Shown: piece by piece, positions 10,252 to 22,213 of the stretch
Layout of the letters: each line of letters opens with the position of its first letter
How positions within the stretch are numbered: position 1 is the stretch's first letter
DNA from: Moorena producens 3L
Lineage (GTDB): Bacteria; Cyanobacteriota; Cyanobacteriia; Cyanobacteriales; Coleofasciculaceae
NCBI RefSeq assembly: GCF_000211815.1
Contig: NZ_GL890973.1
Coordinates: 39,777 to 103,776, forward strand
Reading direction: 5' to 3'
Length of the DNA: 64,000 bases
Notes under the pieces: generated by a model
Seen by the model: only the letters and a program-made list of their open reading frames with translations
The model's database searches: none
Told to the model about the DNA's origin: nothing
Program-made: the position numbers and the translations under genes

Positions 10252-10665
10252 TTATCGCTTCGAGTATTGGGGGGCTTTCCGAGCTTTTTTCAAGCCATAT
10301 TTCTTACGCTCTTTTGACCGTGGGTCACGAGTCAAGTAGCCTTCTATTTTAAGAGGTTGGCGGTTTTCTGGGTCTAGTTCGCACAAGGCTCTAGCCACCC
10401 CTAGACGCACAGCATCAGATTGTCCCGTTAAGCCACCACCGTGGGCATTGACTAGGATATCGTACTCATTTTCCAAACCTAAAGTTTCCAAAGGTGCTTT
10501 CAGGCTGGCTAGGTACATGGGGTTAAAGTTAAAGTAAGCGTCCCCTGGACGTTTATTAACAATCAACTGACCGCTACCGGGAACCAAACGCACTCTAGCA
10601 ACTGATGACTTACGACGACCAGTTCCCCAGTAAACAGCGCGACCTGCTTGTTCTTCTGCTTGCAT
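10252..10665 (-). CDS. rpsI: 30S ribosomal protein S9
   Basis: [20 protein letters not shown]-terminal ...YSKR. Confidence 0.95.
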   Translation of the reverse strand: MQAEEQAGRAVYWGTGRRKSSVARVRLVPGSGQLIVNKRPGDAYFNFNPMYLASLKAPLETLGLENEYDILVNAHGGGLTGQSDAVRLGVARALCELDPENRQPLKIEGYLTRDPRSKERKKYGLKKARKAPQYSKR

Positions 10666-10670
10666 TAGTT

Positions 10671-11132
10671 TTAGCCTCCTGGAATTGTTTTAATAGTTAG
10701 TTCTTGGGGTTGTTGTGCTTCATGGGGATGGGTCTGACCAGTGTAAACTTTCAGCTTCTTGAAAAGTTGGCGACCCAGAGAGTTTTTAGGTAGCATACCC
10801 TTGACAGCTTTCTCGATAATTCTTTCGGGTATACGTGCTTGCAATTCGGCAAAGGTTTCTGTCTTCATACCGCCAGGACGACCGGAATGGCGGCGGTATA
10901 GTTTTTGGTCTCGTTTTCTGCCAGTTACCATAACTTTTTCGGCATTGACAACAATCACGAAGTCACCAGTATCCATGTGGGGAGTGTAAGTAGGTTTGTT
11001 CTTCCCCCGCAGAATAATGGCTATTTCACTGGCTAGTCGTCCTAGACGCTGGTTGGTGGCGTCTACAACGTACCACTTTTTTTCAATTGAGTCTTTAGTT
11101 GGTATGTGGGTTTTTTCCATCGGTTCAATCAA
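10671..11132 (-). CDS. rplM: 50S ribosomal protein L13
   Basis: [21 protein letters not shown] motif. Confidence 0.95.
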   Translation of the reverse strand: MIEPMEKTHIPTKDSIEKKWYVVDATNQRLGRLASEIAIILRGKNKPTYTPHMDTGDFVIVVNAEKVMVTGRKRDQKLYRRHSGRPGGMKTETFAELQARIPERIIEKAVKGMLPKNSLGRQLFKKLKVYTGQTHPHEAQQPQELTIKTIPGG

Positions 11133-11334
11133 TATCAGGTTTACGGTTGGGTTGAAAGGTTGTCTCTTGTAGCTTGGCCTTAAGGCCCACGCTACACAGG
11201 TTGTTCTAGCCCAAGGAGCCCTTGTCGGTTAGTAGGTTGACAGATTAAATTGAATGTTACTTATCTCTAGAAGTAGCCTTCAGGCTTGTTACCTGTCACC
11301 TTCACCCCCTCTTCAATCTTGTTACGTGTAGTCT

Positions 11335-12171
11335 TCAACCCGTCAATTGAGGTAATATAAATTTGGGTTGGGTATCATACCATATTTCTGGGAGAAAGGG
11401 GCATTCTGGGTAGCCAACCCTTAGCAAGCACAAGCCTTTGGCTGGAGAAGCGTGTTTCACCTTGTCCCGCTGTTGGTTAACCCAGATGTCAGTAAACTGT
11501 TCTGGGGTTAGCTTCCCTATTCCCACTTGTACTAGCATTCCTACCAACAGACGCACCATACCATATAGAAATCCGTTAGCTTGAATTTCTATATGAATAA
11601 ATGGTCCATTGCGGTAACATTCGGCTGCTTGCACATTTACCCAGGAATGCGATCGCCCCGAGTTGCTTCGGTGAAAGGCTGCCAAGTGATGCTTACCCAG
11701 CAGTGGTTTTAAGGCTGCCTGGATCAGGGATTCATCAAGGGGAGCTTGATAATAGTGCCAACAAAAGGGTTGTACAAACAAGTTAGGGCAGGCGTCGGTA
11801 TAGATTGTGTATCGATAACGACGCCAGATGGCACTAAACCGAGCATGCCAGTCTTGTGAAACTAATGCTGATGCTCGGACTAAGATATCCTCTGGCAGTC
11901 TACTATTGAGTATCGCTGCCCAGCGATGGGCTGGTATGGGACCTGTGGCATTAAAATGAGCGACTTGGGCAGCAGCGTGAACCCCTGTATCAGTACGACC
12001 AGCACCATATAGGGTTATGGCTCGCTGTTGCACGCTGGACAGAACTGTTTCGATTTCTGACTGAACACTGCGATGCTGGGGTTGTCGCTGCCAGCCATAA
12101 AAGTTATTACCCAGGTATTGAATAACCAGGGCAATTCGCTGGATAGCTTTAGCATCGTTGTCAGACATCAT
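11335..12171 (-). CDS. truA: tRNA pseudouridine(38-40) synthase TruA
   Basis: GAGRTDTGVHA catalytic-Asp motif; conserved position after rplQ in cyanobacteria. Confidence 0.9.
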   Translation of the reverse strand: MMSDNDAKAIQRIALVIQYLGNNFYGWQRQPQHRSVQSEIETVLSSVQQRAITLYGAGRTDTGVHAAAQVAHFNATGPIPAHRWAAILNSRLPEDILVRASALVSQDWHARFSAIWRRYRYTIYTDACPNLFVQPFCWHYYQAPLDESLIQAALKPLLGKHHLAAFHRSNSGRSHSWVNVQAAECYRNGPFIHIEIQANGFLYGMVRLLVGMLVQVGIGKLTPEQFTDIWVNQQRDKVKHASPAKGLCLLRVGYPECPFLPEIWYDTQPKFILPQLTG

Positions 12172-12229
12172 GGATTAAGGATTAACAATTGACATTTTTA
12201 ATGGTTAATTGCTTTAATGGTTAATTGCC

Positions 12230-12580
12230 TCAGACTAGTTCAATAATAGATATTTCAGCATTATCACCACGACGCCGCACCGTGCGCAGAATTCGGGTAT
12301 ATCCGCCGTTGCGATCGCCATATCGCGCTTTAACCTCAGCAAATAGGGAGTGAACTAACTTTTTGTCGTAGAGATAGGCAATTGCCCTACGTCGGGATGC
12401 CAAGGAGCCATCCTTGGCCAGGGTAATCATTCGCTCCACCTCCGAACGAATGGCTTTTGCCCGAGCTTTAGTGGTAGTGATTCGACCATGACGCAGTAAT
12501 TCAGTGGTCAGGGATCTCATCAGAGCCCGACGTTGATCTGCTGGCTTGCCCAGTTTTGGCACACGACGCCCGTGACGCAT
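12230..12580 (-). CDS. rplQ: 50S ribosomal protein L17
   Basis: [24 protein letters not shown]... Confidence 0.95.
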   Translation of the reverse strand: MRHGRRVPKLGKPADQRRALMRSLTTELLRHGRITTTKARAKAIRSEVERMITLAKDGSLASRRRAIAYLYDKKLVHSLFAEVKARYGDRNGGYTRILRTVRRRGDNAEISIIELV

Positions 12581-12682
12581 TTTTTAGCTTCCTCCTTTTT
12601 TTTGAACAAGATTTGCCTTTATTCCTAGGGTTTGGACTAGCTAATTGCTAATTGTCCAGTCCCTTAAGTTTAATTGTTGTGG

Positions 12683-13627
12683 TTAAGTCTTAGCGGATTT
12701 TTCGTGGGGCAGTGTAATTCCTAGACGTCGTTGCAGAGCTTCAATCACTTCTTCAGCCGACTTTTGACCAAAGTTTTTGATTTCTAGGAGGTCTTCCTGA
12801 CTATAATCGAGCAAATCGGATACAGAGTTGATCTGTGCTCGTTTCAGGCAGTTGTAAGCCCGAACCGAGAGTTGTAATTCTTCGATTGGGATTTGGCTGG
12901 TCGGATCGTCATCATCACCATAGTCATCTTTAATAGATTCGAGATTAATATCCTTGAGAGGATTGAACAGATCCACCAGGGTCCCAGCCGCTTGAGATAA
13001 AGCTTCTTGGGGAGTTATACTACCATTGGTCCAGACCTCTAAAGTTAAGCGATCCTTTTCCAGAGCACCATCAATGCGAGTATTTTCAACGCTGTAATTT
13101 ACTTTAGTCACCGGCATGAAAACAGAGTCAATCTGGAGGAAATCTACCGCTGTTGATTCATCATGCCCCCGTTCCACAGAGCGATATCCTGTACCCTTTT
13201 CGATGCGGAACTCCATTTCAAGCTTAGCCCCTTCTGCTAAAGTAGCAACATACTGACCTGGAGCAATAATTTCCACCTCCGAGGGCAAATCAAACTGAGC
13301 AGCTCTCACAGTGGATGGCCCAGTAATCATCACTCGACCTATCTGAGGTTGAGAGGTGTAGCTTTTGAGGACAACTTCCTTCATATTCAGCATAATTTCC
13401 AGGACATCCTCTCTGACTCCCTCAATTGTGGCAAACTCATTGTTTACGCCAGCAATCCTGACAGCCGTCACTGCTGCTCCTTCTAGGTTGGACAGCAAAA
13501 CTCGTCTGAGGGCGTTGCCAACCGTTGTGCCTTGACCACGTTCGAGAGGCTCTAGGACAAATCTGCTATACTGACTTTGGTTCTTCAGTGTTTTGGATTC
13601 TACACACTCAATCTGAAACTGCGCCAC
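12683..13627 (-). CDS. rpoA: DNA-directed RNA polymerase subunit alpha
   Basis: 314 aa; N-terminal FVLEPLERGQGTTVGNALRRVLLS; gene-order context. Confidence 0.95.
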   Translation of the reverse strand: MAQFQIECVESKTLKNQSQYSRFVLEPLERGQGTTVGNALRRVLLSNLEGAAVTAVRIAGVNNEFATIEGVREDVLEIMLNMKEVVLKSYTSQPQIGRVMITGPSTVRAAQFDLPSEVEIIAPGQYVATLAEGAKLEMEFRIEKGTGYRSVERGHDESTAVDFLQIDSVFMPVTKVNYSVENTRIDGALEKDRLTLEVWTNGSITPQEALSQAAGTLVDLFNPLKDINLESIKDDYGDDDDPTSQIPIEELQLSVRAYNCLKRAQINSVSDLLDYSQEDLLEIKNFGQKSAEEVIEALQRRLGITLPHEKSAKT

Positions 13628-13770
13628 AGAGTGACCTCCCTCTATTCATAAGACCCCTTTAACCGAATACAGGTTGAAGGGATAGTAAGCCAAAGGGTAA
13701 GGAGTTCCTTATGAACCTCCTCCTTTCAAGCTACTTTCCTTTCAACCTAACGGTCGCAAAAAATATACTC

Positions 13771-14163
13771 TTATACTCGACGCCGTTTGGGTGGACGGCA
13801 GCCGTTATGAGGAATTGGAGTTACATCCCTGATTAGGGTGATTTCCAGTCCGGCTCCTTGCAGGGCCCGAATAGCGGTTTCTCGACCTGCTCCTGGTCCA
13901 CTCACCATCACTTCCACCTGACGCATACCTTGGTCTATGGCTCGTCGGGCAGCACTGTCAGCAGCGGTCTGAGCAGCGAAGGGAGTTCCTTTTTTTGCCC
14001 CCTTAAATCCACTAGAGCCAGCTGAAGCCCAAGAGACTACATCCCCTTTGGTGTCAGAAATGGTGACGATAGTATTATTGAACGTAGACTGGATGTATGC
14101 TATTCCATTGGGTACATTGCGTTTCTGCTTTTTTGTACCACCTTTTTTTGTTGGTCGCGCCAT
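13771..14163 (-). CDS. rpsK: 30S ribosomal protein S11
   Basis: [18 protein letters not shown]...; context. Confidence 0.95.
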   Translation of the reverse strand: MARPTKKGGTKKQKRNVPNGIAYIQSTFNNTIVTISDTKGDVVSWASAGSSGFKGAKKGTPFAAQTAADSAARRAIDQGMRQVEVMVSGPGAGRETAIRALQGAGLEITLIRDVTPIPHNGCRPPKRRRV

Positions 14164-14349
14164 GTCACTTGACTTTACTCTATCGGTGATTGATTATCTT
14201 GGGGTTGAGTAACTTGAACAATTTTGTCCAAAGTCTTTTGTCCAAAGTCCTTTGTCCAAAGTGACTAACAGAAGGTCTCCTGGCAGTTACTTTTGACGAA
14301 TGACCAATGACCACAAAGCTGTGGTGGATAGTTGAGCTGACTAGAGCTA

Positions 14350-14733
14350 TTACTTCTTAGCCGGTGCTTTTTTCTTTCCAGCGATAGTCACTCGTCTACC
14401 GCGACGGGTACGGGCATTAGTGCGGGTTCGCTGTCCTCTCACGGGCAGTCCCATGCGATGACGACGTCCGCGATAGGTACCAATATCTACTAGGCGCTTG
14501 ATGTTCATTGACTGCCAGCGCCTTAAATCCCCTTCCACCTGATAATTTTTTTCGACAGCTGCTCTGAGGGCAGCCACCTCAGCATCGGTCAAATCCTTAA
14601 CCCTCGTATCTGGGTTAACTCCTGTTGCTGCTAAAATGTCTTTAGACCGCGACAGACCGATTCCATAAATGTAGGTCAGACCTATTTCTACACGTTTATC
14701 GCGAGGTAGGTCTACACTGGCAATCCGAGCCAC
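14350..14733 (-). CDS. rpsM: 30S ribosomal protein S13
   Basis: [26 protein letters not shown]. Confidence 0.95.
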   Translation of the reverse strand: MARIASVDLPRDKRVEIGLTYIYGIGLSRSKDILAATGVNPDTRVKDLTDAEVAALRAAVEKNYQVEGDLRRWQSMNIKRLVDIGTYRGRRHRMGLPVRGQRTRTNARTRRGRRVTIAGKKKAPAKK

Positions 14734-14804
14734 GCTTGGTTCTCCCTTGACTGAAGTTTTGTGCTACAAATTAAATGTATGGATTAAGTGTATGGATTTG
14801 AGGT

Positions 14805-14918
14805 TTATCCCTGACGCTGTTTGTGTTTGGGATTCGGGCAAATCACCATAACTCGACCGTGGCGTCGAATCACGCGGCACTTTTCACACATTTTTCGGAC
14901 AGATGGTCTAACTTTCAT
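14805..14918 (-). CDS. rpmJ: 50S ribosomal protein L36 (37 aa; not in the supplied ORF track)
   Basis: Manual translation of the reverse strand gives [37 protein letters not shown]. It lies between infA and rpsM as expected. Confidence 0.9.
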   Translation of the reverse strand: MKVRPSVRKMCEKCRVIRRHGRVMVICPNPKHKQRQG

Positions 14919-15019
14919 GCCTTTTTTTCTGGACAGAATGCAGTTGGTTATTATATCTTTTTTTTGGTTGACTTGTCAAATTTAACTTATTTTTCATAAA
15001 ACAGAATCCGCTGCTAGTT

Positions 15020-15244
15020 TTACTTCTTACGCAGACGGTAGGTGATCCTGCCTTTGGTTAAATCGTAGGGGGTTAGTTCAACTTTGACCCGGTCTCCGGG
15101 CAGAATTTTGATGTAATTCCGACGGATTTTACCGGAAATATGAGCTAGGACATTAAAGCCATTGTCCAAGTCAACGCGAAACATGGCATTCGGCAGGGAT
15201 TCAGTCACCGTGCCTTCCATTTCAATTAAGTCTTGTTTAGCCAA
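15020..15244 (-). CDS. infA: Translation initiation factor IF-1
   Basis: [29 protein letters not shown]... Confidence 0.95.
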   Translation of the reverse strand: MAKQDLIEMEGTVTESLPNAMFRVDLDNGFNVLAHISGKIRRNYIKILPGDRVKVELTPYDLTKGRITYRLRKK

Positions 15245-15574
15245 AGTGTTTTAACCTCAATACAACTATCCCCCTATGTTCTAAATTTTGATTATTTAAT
15301 TCAGGGAGTCTTAACATATTTTATCAAATCCTAAATTATACCAACTAAACTAGTTTAAAACCAACTTTGGAGTAGCGCGGTCAGGGAAGCATTTTTCCCG
15401 TGGCCTAGCTCAAGGCATAGGTTACACCGGTCGAACCATTAGAATAACCATTAGTCTAAATTAGTCTAAGTATTAGGCTAGTGGTAAGGTATTCGCTACA
15501 ATAGGGTCAGATGATGGCTTCCATGCCCCACGCAGGGGGTTTCCGCCCTTACGCATGGGCTTACCCTAAAATCA

Positions 15575-16138
15575 TTACGCTAGAACCTGTTTAATCGATT
15601 CGGTGACTTGCTCTAAGGAGAGATCACCATTAATAGATTTTAAAGCTGAGTGTTCTCGGTAAAATTCCACCAAAGGAGCTGTTTGATGGTTATAGACCTC
15701 AAGACGTGTGCGGATAGTTTCCTCATTATCATCTGTACGTCCCTCCTTACGACCCCTTTCCAATAGTCTGTCGATCAAAACCTGATCTGGCACTTCTAGG
15801 TTGATGGCACCATCCAAAGTTTGGTCAAGCTCCTGCAACAGGTCATTCAAGAAATGGGCTTGGCTGACGTTACGGGGAAAACCGTCTAAAATCCAACCAT
15901 TTTGAGCATCGGGTTGATTTAGGCGATCGCGGATCAGATCTATGAGCAACTCGTCAGGCACCAATTCTCCTTTATCCATATAGGACTGAGCTTTTTGACC
16001 CAGGAGGGTTTGAGCACTTACAGCCCCTCGCAAAATTTCCCCGGTGGAAATGTGAGGAATCCCTAGTTGTTCAGCCACAATTTTGGCTTGAGTTCCTTTA
16101 CCTGCTCCTGGAGGTCCTAAAAAGATTAATCTCTTCAT
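15575..16138 (-). CDS. adk: Adenylate kinase
   Basis: P-loop [11 protein letters not shown]; 187 aa. Confidence 0.95.
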   Translation of the reverse strand: MKRLIFLGPPGAGKGTQAKIVAEQLGIPHISTGEILRGAVSAQTLLGQKAQSYMDKGELVPDELLIDLIRDRLNQPDAQNGWILDGFPRNVSQAHFLNDLLQELDQTLDGAINLEVPDQVLIDRLLERGRKEGRTDDNEETIRTRLEVYNHQTAPLVEFYREHSALKSINGDLSLEQVTESIKQVLA

Positions 16139-16262
16139 GTGTCATGTGTCATGGGTAATGTGTCAGTTGGTTTTTGTCCTAGGCAATGAACAACAACCAA
16201 CTGACCCGAAAATTTGAGGCTCATCCACCTAAAAAAGCTGCTGCGCCCATTGCCCAATCGCT

Positions 16263-17603
16263 TTATTGCTTGACCATACCTTCGTAACGCTGGGAAATCA
16301 CGTAGGTTTGAATTTGCTTGGCTGTGTCAATGGCAACCCCCACCAAAATCAGCAACGATGTGGCACCTAATCCCCTAAATGTGGTTACACCAGTGGCGCT
16401 TTCGACTGCAGTTGGTACTACAGCTACCAGTCCTAGGAAAATTGCTCCTAATAAGGTCAGTCGGTTCAAAACTCTCTCTATATATTCACTCGTAGCCCTT
16501 CCTGGTCGAATACCAGGGATACTCGCCCCCATTTTCTTCAAATTCTGGGACATATCTACTGGGTTTATAATCAGTGAGGCGTAGAAGTAGCTAAAGAACA
16601 AAATCAAGACTAAATAGACAGCAACATAGACCCAAGGAGTTTGACCATTGGGGTTGAGATAATTGGCAATCTGGATTAGGACTTGATTGATTGAGCCTAA
16701 CAATCCATTGCTATTATCGCCACTAGTTATCCCAGCTAGGGATGTGGGTAGGATTAAGACGGCTGAGGCAAAGATAATTGGCATCACGCCACCTTGGTTT
16801 AACCTTAGGGGCAAATAATTTTTCCGCTCCCGGTAAAGGCGCTTACCAACTTGACGTCTGGCAGTAATAATCGGAATTCGTCGGCTGCCTTCTTGCACAA
16901 AGACAATACCAACAATCATGACTAGGAAAACTAACAGCAGCACAATTACCTTACCCACCGTTTCTCGACCCCCGGTCTGAGCCAGTTCAATGGTTTGACC
17001 CAAGGTGCGGGGCAAAACAGCAACAATATTGACAAAAATCAATAGTGAAGCTCCGTTGCCAATACCTCGTTCGGTAATTAACTCTGATAGCCACATCACA
17101 AACATAGAGCCAGCCGTGAGGGCAAGTACAGTTTCAAACACAAAGAATGCGCCTGGTTCAACAGCAAACCGCTGTGCCCACAACGATAAGCCAATACTTT
17201 GAATCACAGACCAGCCTAGGGCAACATAACGGGTAATCTGACCGATTTTTCGACGCCCTGCTTCACCTTCATTTTTCTGCAAATTTTCTAAAGCAGGAAT
17301 TGCTGCCGTTAGCAGTTGTAGGATAATCGAAGCATTAATATAAGGCAAAATTCCCAAGGCAAAAATCCCTAGGGCGGAAAAACCACCACCAGAGAAAAAG
17401 TCCAAAAGACCTACAAACGGGCTATTCTGGAGTTCTGCTGAAAATCTGGCTCGATCAATTCCTGGTACAGGAAGAAAGACACCCAAGCGGGCTAAAATTA
17501 ACAAACCAACGGTGACAAGCAGCCGACCTCTAAGGCCAGCCGCTTGAGCCATTTGCATAAACGTCTCTTGAGCAGTTGGGGCTTTGTCTCGACTGACAGT
17601 CAT
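16263..17603 (-). CDS. secY: Preprotein translocase subunit SecY
   Basis: 446 aa, multi-TM, conserved position between rplO and adk. Confidence 0.95.
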   Translation of the reverse strand: MTVSRDKAPTAQETFMQMAQAAGLRGRLLVTVGLLILARLGVFLPVPGIDRARFSAELQNSPFVGLLDFFSGGGFSALGIFALGILPYINASIILQLLTAAIPALENLQKNEGEAGRRKIGQITRYVALGWSVIQSIGLSLWAQRFAVEPGAFFVFETVLALTAGSMFVMWLSELITERGIGNGASLLIFVNIVAVLPRTLGQTIELAQTGGRETVGKVIVLLLVFLVMIVGIVFVQEGSRRIPIITARRQVGKRLYRERKNYLPLRLNQGGVMPIIFASAVLILPTSLAGITSGDNSNGLLGSINQVLIQIANYLNPNGQTPWVYVAVYLVLILFFSYFYASLIINPVDMSQNLKKMGASIPGIRPGRATSEYIERVLNRLTLLGAIFLGLVAVVPTAVESATGVTTFRGLGATSLLILVGVAIDTAKQIQTYVISQRYEGMVKQ

Positions 17604-17647
17604 TTAAGGTACCTCTTGAAGATACAGGAGCATAAGGGCTAAAGGGG

Positions 17648-18097
17648 TTACTTAGCTATAACTTCCCAGCTGCCACCAGCCGCCTCGATTTTTTGGCGGG
17701 CACCACTTGTAAAGGCAGCAGCTTTTATATTGAGTGGCACATTCAGCTCCCCATCACCGAGTAGTTTCAATGGACCATCATTGGTGGTGACCACACCTGT
17801 CTCCAACAATGATTCCAAAGTTACCTCAGTATTGGCGGGAAGTGAGGCCAACTTACCTACGTTGATTGTAGTGTAATGTTTGGGGTTAATGACCGTAAAG
17901 TGTTTTAACTTGGGGATACGGCGATATAAGGGCATCTGACCCCCTTCAAAACCAGGTCTTGTCCCTCGACCTGAACGGGATTTTTGACCACGCATTCCAA
18001 AACCGCAGCTAGCCCCTTGACCAGCGGCAATGCCACGACCTACACGGCGTCGGCGCTTTTTGGAGCCTTTTTTTGGGACTGCATCATTGATTCTCAT
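17648..18097 (-). CDS. rplO: 50S ribosomal protein L15
   Basis: Gly/Arg-rich N-terminus; context. Confidence 0.95.
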   Translation of the reverse strand: MRINDAVPKKGSKKRRRRVGRGIAAGQGASCGFGMRGQKSRSGRGTRPGFEGGQMPLYRRIPKLKHFTVINPKHYTTINVGKLASLPANTEVTLESLLETGVVTTNDGPLKLLGDGELNVPLNIKAAAFTSGARQKIEAAGGSWEVIAK

Positions 18098-18204
18098 CGA
18101 TCGTTTTTTGTAAGGGTGAAAATGTTTTTTTTAAGATTGACGGCTGACGCTAAACCGTCAACCTTGAGCATATTACTTTTATTTCTAGCTACCTGGTTTT
18201 TAAT

Positions 18205-18726
18205 TTATGCATAGATTTGTTCAAGGGGAATGTCTCGTTCTTGAGCCACCTCTGAAAATGTGCGTAGGGAATCAAGAGAGTTGATTGCTGCTCTAGCATT
18301 ATTGAGGGGGTTATTGGAACCAAGCTGTTTAGCTAAGACATTTTTAACTCCAGCTAACTCAAGTACTGTGCGCACAGCACCCCCAGCAATTACCCCAGTT
18401 CCGGGAGCAGCAGGTCGCATGATTACTTTGGCTCCCACCGCCCTACCTCTAGATGGGTGAGGAATGGAATTAGTTTTGGTTAAGGGTACATCAATCAGTT
18501 GCTTTTTGGCATCAGCAACTCCTTTACGGACAGCACCAATTACATCACTGGCTTTGCCTACACCAACCCCCACTTGACCTTTTTCATTACCTACAACTAC
18601 GATGGCCCGGAAGCTCAACTTTTTGCCCCCTTTGACCACCTTACTAACGCGGCGGATTTGGATAACCCGCTCTTGCCAATTACTTTCTTTTTCTTTAGAG
18701 CGGTTGTTTTTTCTACGATTTGCCAT
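18205..18726 (-). CDS. rpsE: 30S ribosomal protein S5
   Basis: [21 protein letters not shown]... Confidence 0.95.
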   Translation of the reverse strand: MANRRKNNRSKEKESNWQERVIQIRRVSKVVKGGKKLSFRAIVVVGNEKGQVGVGVGKASDVIGAVRKGVADAKKQLIDVPLTKTNSIPHPSRGRAVGAKVIMRPAAPGTGVIAGGAVRTVLELAGVKNVLAKQLGSNNPLNNARAAINSLDSLRTFSEVAQERDIPLEQIYA

Positions 18727-18840
18727 AGTTCGCTAGAAATTAAATCATGATAGTAAGTATTCAAAGATTAGCTAATTTATAGTTGCTAATTTTTAACTGT
18801 TAATTTCAATTTTCAGTTGTTAATTGTCAATTAGCATTTA

Positions 18841-19203
18841 CTAAAAATCTAGCCCTGCTTCACGAGCAGCTTCTGCTAAAGCTTTGACACGACCATGATA
18901 TAGGTAGCCCCCACGGTCAAAGACCACTTTCTTGAGACCTTTTTCTAGTGCTCGCTGGGCCACCAACTGACCCACTTTAGCTGAGGCTTCACAAGTGGCT
19001 CCAGATTTGAGTTCAGATCTCAGAGCTGGTTCTAACGTTGAAGCTGCCACTATGGTATGTTGCTGATTGTCATCGATAACTTGCACATAAATGTGCTCAT
19101 TAGAGCGAAATACAGCTAATCTTGGGCGTTCAGCAGTACCACTGACTTTCCGGCGTACCCGCCTATGTCTGTGTCGTATAGATTCTTTTCGAGTAAGTTT
19201 CAT
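18841..19203 (-). CDS. rplR: 50S ribosomal protein L18
   Basis: [20 protein letters not shown]... Confidence 0.95.
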   Translation of the reverse strand: MKLTRKESIRHRHRRVRRKVSGTAERPRLAVFRSNEHIYVQVIDDNQQHTIVAASTLEPALRSELKSGATCEASAKVGQLVAQRALEKGLKKVVFDRGGYLYHGRVKALAEAAREAGLDF

Positions 19204-19206
19204 AGT

Positions 19207-19746
19207 TTACTTCTTACCTGCTTTACCAGCTTTACGTCTGACTATTTCACCGGCATATCGAATGCCTTTACCTTTATAGACTTCTGGGGGTCGAACTGCA
19301 CGAATTTTTGCAGCTGTGTTGCCTACAACTTCTTTGTTGATGCCACTGACAATCACGTTGGTGTTGTTTTCAACTTTGACTTGAATCCCCTCAGGAGGAA
19401 CGATCTCCACTGGCTTGCTGTAACCAACGTTTAAAATCAGATTACGACCCTGCACTTGAGCTCGATAACCGACTCCCTGAATGTCCAAACGTTTTTCAAA
19501 CCCTTTGGAGACTCCCTCAATCATGTTGGCAACCAAAGTGCGAGACAAACCATGACTTTCACGGGCGGTTCGGGTTTCTTCGCGCCGGGAAACCTGTACA
19601 GTTTCACCAACTTGCTCAGCTTTAATTGTATCTGGCAAAACCCAATCCAGTTCACCTTTGGAACCTTTGACCTTCACCTGTTGACCGTCTATTGTTACAG
19701 TAACTTTACTGGGAATTGGTATAGGGCGCTTGCCAATACGTGACAT
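19207..19746 (-). CDS. rplF: 50S ribosomal protein L6
   Basis: [22 protein letters not shown]... Confidence 0.95.
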   Translation of the reverse strand: MSRIGKRPIPIPSKVTVTIDGQQVKVKGSKGELDWVLPDTIKAEQVGETVQVSRREETRTARESHGLSRTLVANMIEGVSKGFEKRLDIQGVGYRAQVQGRNLILNVGYSKPVEIVPPEGIQVKVENNTNVIVSGINKEVVGNTAAKIRAVRPPEVYKGKGIRYAGEIVRRKAGKAGKK

Positions 19747-19769
19747 AAAATTATCCTCCTAACTAAAGA

Positions 19770-19812
19770 AGTATGAAATATAAAGTATGAAGTATGAAGT
19801 ATGAAGTATGTC
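19770..19812. repeat. Heptamer tandem repeat (AGTATGA)n between rplF and rpsH
   Basis: Direct reading of the sequence. Confidence 0.8.
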
Positions 19813-20008
19813 ATGAATTGGTTAATCAGCTAATCCGATCAATCCTAGGTTGGCCCAAGGACCGTTTGGCATATACTGAGCTGATTATTGCTCGAACTGA
19901 TGCTCTAATCTACAGGGGCTTCCAGCTGATAGCTGGCAAGCCTAGATTTTTAAGTAGCGAGTCAGCTGACGGCTCTTAGTAGATCCTTCATCCTTCATGC
20001 TTCATCCT

Positions 20009-20410
20009 TTACCATACGTAACACAGAACTTCACCACCAATTCCCCGACGCCTTGCTTCCCTGTCGGTCATGATGCCATTAGAAGTAGAGATAATAGCAA
20101 TCCCAATCCCTCCCAAGACTCTTGGCAGTTCTTTACGGTTGGAGTAAACTCGCAATCCAGGTTTACTCACCCGCTTCAGGGCTCTGATAATTGGTTTGCG
20201 ATTGTTGCCCTTGTATTTTAGGGAAACAACTAAGTATTTTTTGACCCCTTCGCCTGCTTCCTCAAAATCAGTAATAAAGCCTTCTTCTTTGAGTACTTGG
20301 GCAATCGCCCGGGTCATTTTAGTTGATTGTACATTTGTTGTTTGATGCCGAACCAAGCAGGCATTTCTAATGCGGGTCAGCATATCTGCAATTGTGTCGT
20401 TTGCCGGCAT
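20009..20410 (-). CDS. rpsH: 30S ribosomal protein S8
   Basis: [13 protein letters not shown]... Confidence 0.95.
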   Translation of the reverse strand: MPANDTIADMLTRIRNACLVRHQTTNVQSTKMTRAIAQVLKEEGFITDFEEAGEGVKKYLVVSLKYKGNNRKPIIRALKRVSKPGLRVYSNRKELPRVLGGIGIAIISTSNGIMTDREARRRGIGGEVLCYVW

Positions 20411-20433
20411 TGTTCCTTCCTATGATTACAGGC

Positions 20434-20979
20434 TTATTTATCCCGGAAAGGCATTCCCATCTCTTTGAGTAAGGCGCGACCTTCTTCGTCAGTGTTGGCA
20501 GTGGTGACTATGGTAATATCCATACCACGAATCTGATCGATGCTGTCGTAGTCTACTTCTGGAAAAATGAGTTGCTCTCGCACCCCAAGAGTGTAGTTAC
20601 CACGACCGTCAAAGCTTCTAGGGCTAAGACCCCGAAAGTCCCGAATTCTTGGTAGGGCTAAGTTAATTAGCCGCTCTAGAAAGGAGTACATACGCTCTGA
20701 ACGGAGGGTAACCGTGACACCAACAGGCATCCCGGCACGGATTTTAAAACCCGCGATCGCTTGTTTTGCTCGTGTGACCACCGGTTTTTGACCGGTGATT
20801 ATGGCAATTTCGTTTACCGATGATTCCAGAGCCTTGGCATTTTGAGATGCCTCTCCTAATCCTCGGTTAAGACTAACTTTGACTAATTTCGGTACTTGAT
20901 GAATGTTTTTGTAACCGAATTGCTCTTTTAATTTGGGGACTATTGTTTCCTGGTATAGGATTTTTAACCCTTTTGTCAT
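20434..20979 (-). CDS. rplE: 50S ribosomal protein L5
   Basis: 181 aa; conserved L5 motifs; context. Confidence 0.95.
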   Translation of the reverse strand: MTKGLKILYQETIVPKLKEQFGYKNIHQVPKLVKVSLNRGLGEASQNAKALESSVNEIAIITGQKPVVTRAKQAIAGFKIRAGMPVGVTVTLRSERMYSFLERLINLALPRIRDFRGLSPRSFDGRGNYTLGVREQLIFPEVDYDSIDQIRGMDITIVTTANTDEEGRALLKEMGMPFRDK

Positions 20980-21075
20980 AGTTTTTTTCCTTTGATTTCC
21001 CTGGGCTTGGTCAGGGCAATTGTCATTAGTTATTAGTCATTGGTCATTGACCATTAGCCATTAGTAACTGAATAA

Positions 21076-21437
21076 TTAGTCAATAATCTCACCAGTTTTT
21101 TTGAGCATCCGCACCTTCCGACCATCGTCGGTAAAGGTATAGCAGATGCGGCTAGCAATTTTTCTTTATTCGAGTAAAGCATAACGTTGGAGCTATGGAT
21201 TGGAGCTTCAAACGTAGCAATTTGACCTTTCTCACCTTCTTGTTGAGGCTTGACATGCTTAGTTTTGACGTTAACTCCTTTGACTACTACCTTGCTAATT
21301 TTGGGTAGCGTCCGCAAAATTTCTCCAATTTTGCCTTTATCTCGACCGGCAATCACTTGTACCGTGTCGCCCTTTTTAACGTGCATTTTGTAGCGTAATG
21401 GGGTATCAGTTTGTGCCTTCTGGTGTTTAATTGGCAT
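21076..21437 (-). CDS. rplX: 50S ribosomal protein L24 with an apparent 1-nt deletion frameshift in a T5/A5 homopolymer (21159-21163)
   Basis: ORF frame: ...[13 protein letters not shown] then nonsense to 21054. Shifting by -1 after the A5 run gives the canonical L24 C-terminus [27 protein letters not shown], with its stop at 21076-21078. Confidence 0.85.
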
Positions 21438-21805
21438 CAGAGTACCTCCGGAGCAAGGGATATAATTTTTGTGAAGTTTTTCTCTCGCAGTTCCCGCGCT
21501 ACAGGGCCAAAAACGCGGGTCCCTCTGGGATTGCCATCTGGGTTTATGATTACTGCTGCGTTGTCATCAAAGCGAATACTCATACCGCTTTCCCGACGTA
21601 GCCCCTTGCGGGTGCGCACAATCACAGCCCTAACTACATCTGACTTTTTGACGCCCATATTTGGAATGGCATCTTTGACCACACCAATAATTACATCACC
21701 CACACCGCCGTAGCGCCGATTTCCTGCACCAATAACGCGGATGCACATTATTTTTCTGGCTCCACTGTTGTCAGCAACGTTTAGGTAGCTCTCTTGTTGA
21801 ATCAT
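21437..21805 (-). CDS. rplN: 50S ribosomal protein L14
   Basis: [24 protein letters not shown]... Confidence 0.95.
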   Translation of the reverse strand: MIQQESYLNVADNSGARKIMCIRVIGAGNRRYGGVGDVIIGVVKDAIPNMGVKKSDVVRAVIVRTRKGLRRESGMSIRFDDNAAVIINPDGNPRGTRVFGPVARELREKNFTKIISLAPEVL

Positions 21806-21956
21806 CAGTGTTCCTCCTCTAATAGAGTAATGAGTTATGAGTTAAACGAGTTATTAGTTAAACATTGCTAAGTTTCCAATTCCGAAAGGATTTTCTTCCG
21901 AGATCTCACGCACATTGGTAGGTCGTGGAAAACCCACATCGACTAGGGTTAACTCG

Positions 21957-22205
21957 CTATTTTGAGGAACTACTGACGATTTCAGCAACCATCCAGCGTT
22001 TGGTACGACTCAGTGGTCGTGTTTCTCTAATCCGAACGCGATCGCCTTCTTTACATTTATTTTCCTCATCATGAGCTTTGTATCGCTTGGTACGCACAAC
22101 AATTTTGCCGTACTTTGGGTGGGGAGACCTATTTTCAATAGCCACCACCACAGTTTTGTTCATTTTGTCGCTGACCACCAGGCCAACTCTCTCTTTTGCT
22201 GCCAT
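21957..22205 (-). CDS. rpsQ: 30S ribosomal protein S17
   Basis: 82 aa; context. Confidence 0.95.
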   Translation of the reverse strand: MAAKERVGLVVSDKMNKTVVVAIENRSPHPKYGKIVVRTKRYKAHDEENKCKEGDRVRIRETRPLSRTKRWMVAEIVSSSSK

Positions 22206-22213
22206 ACTATTCC

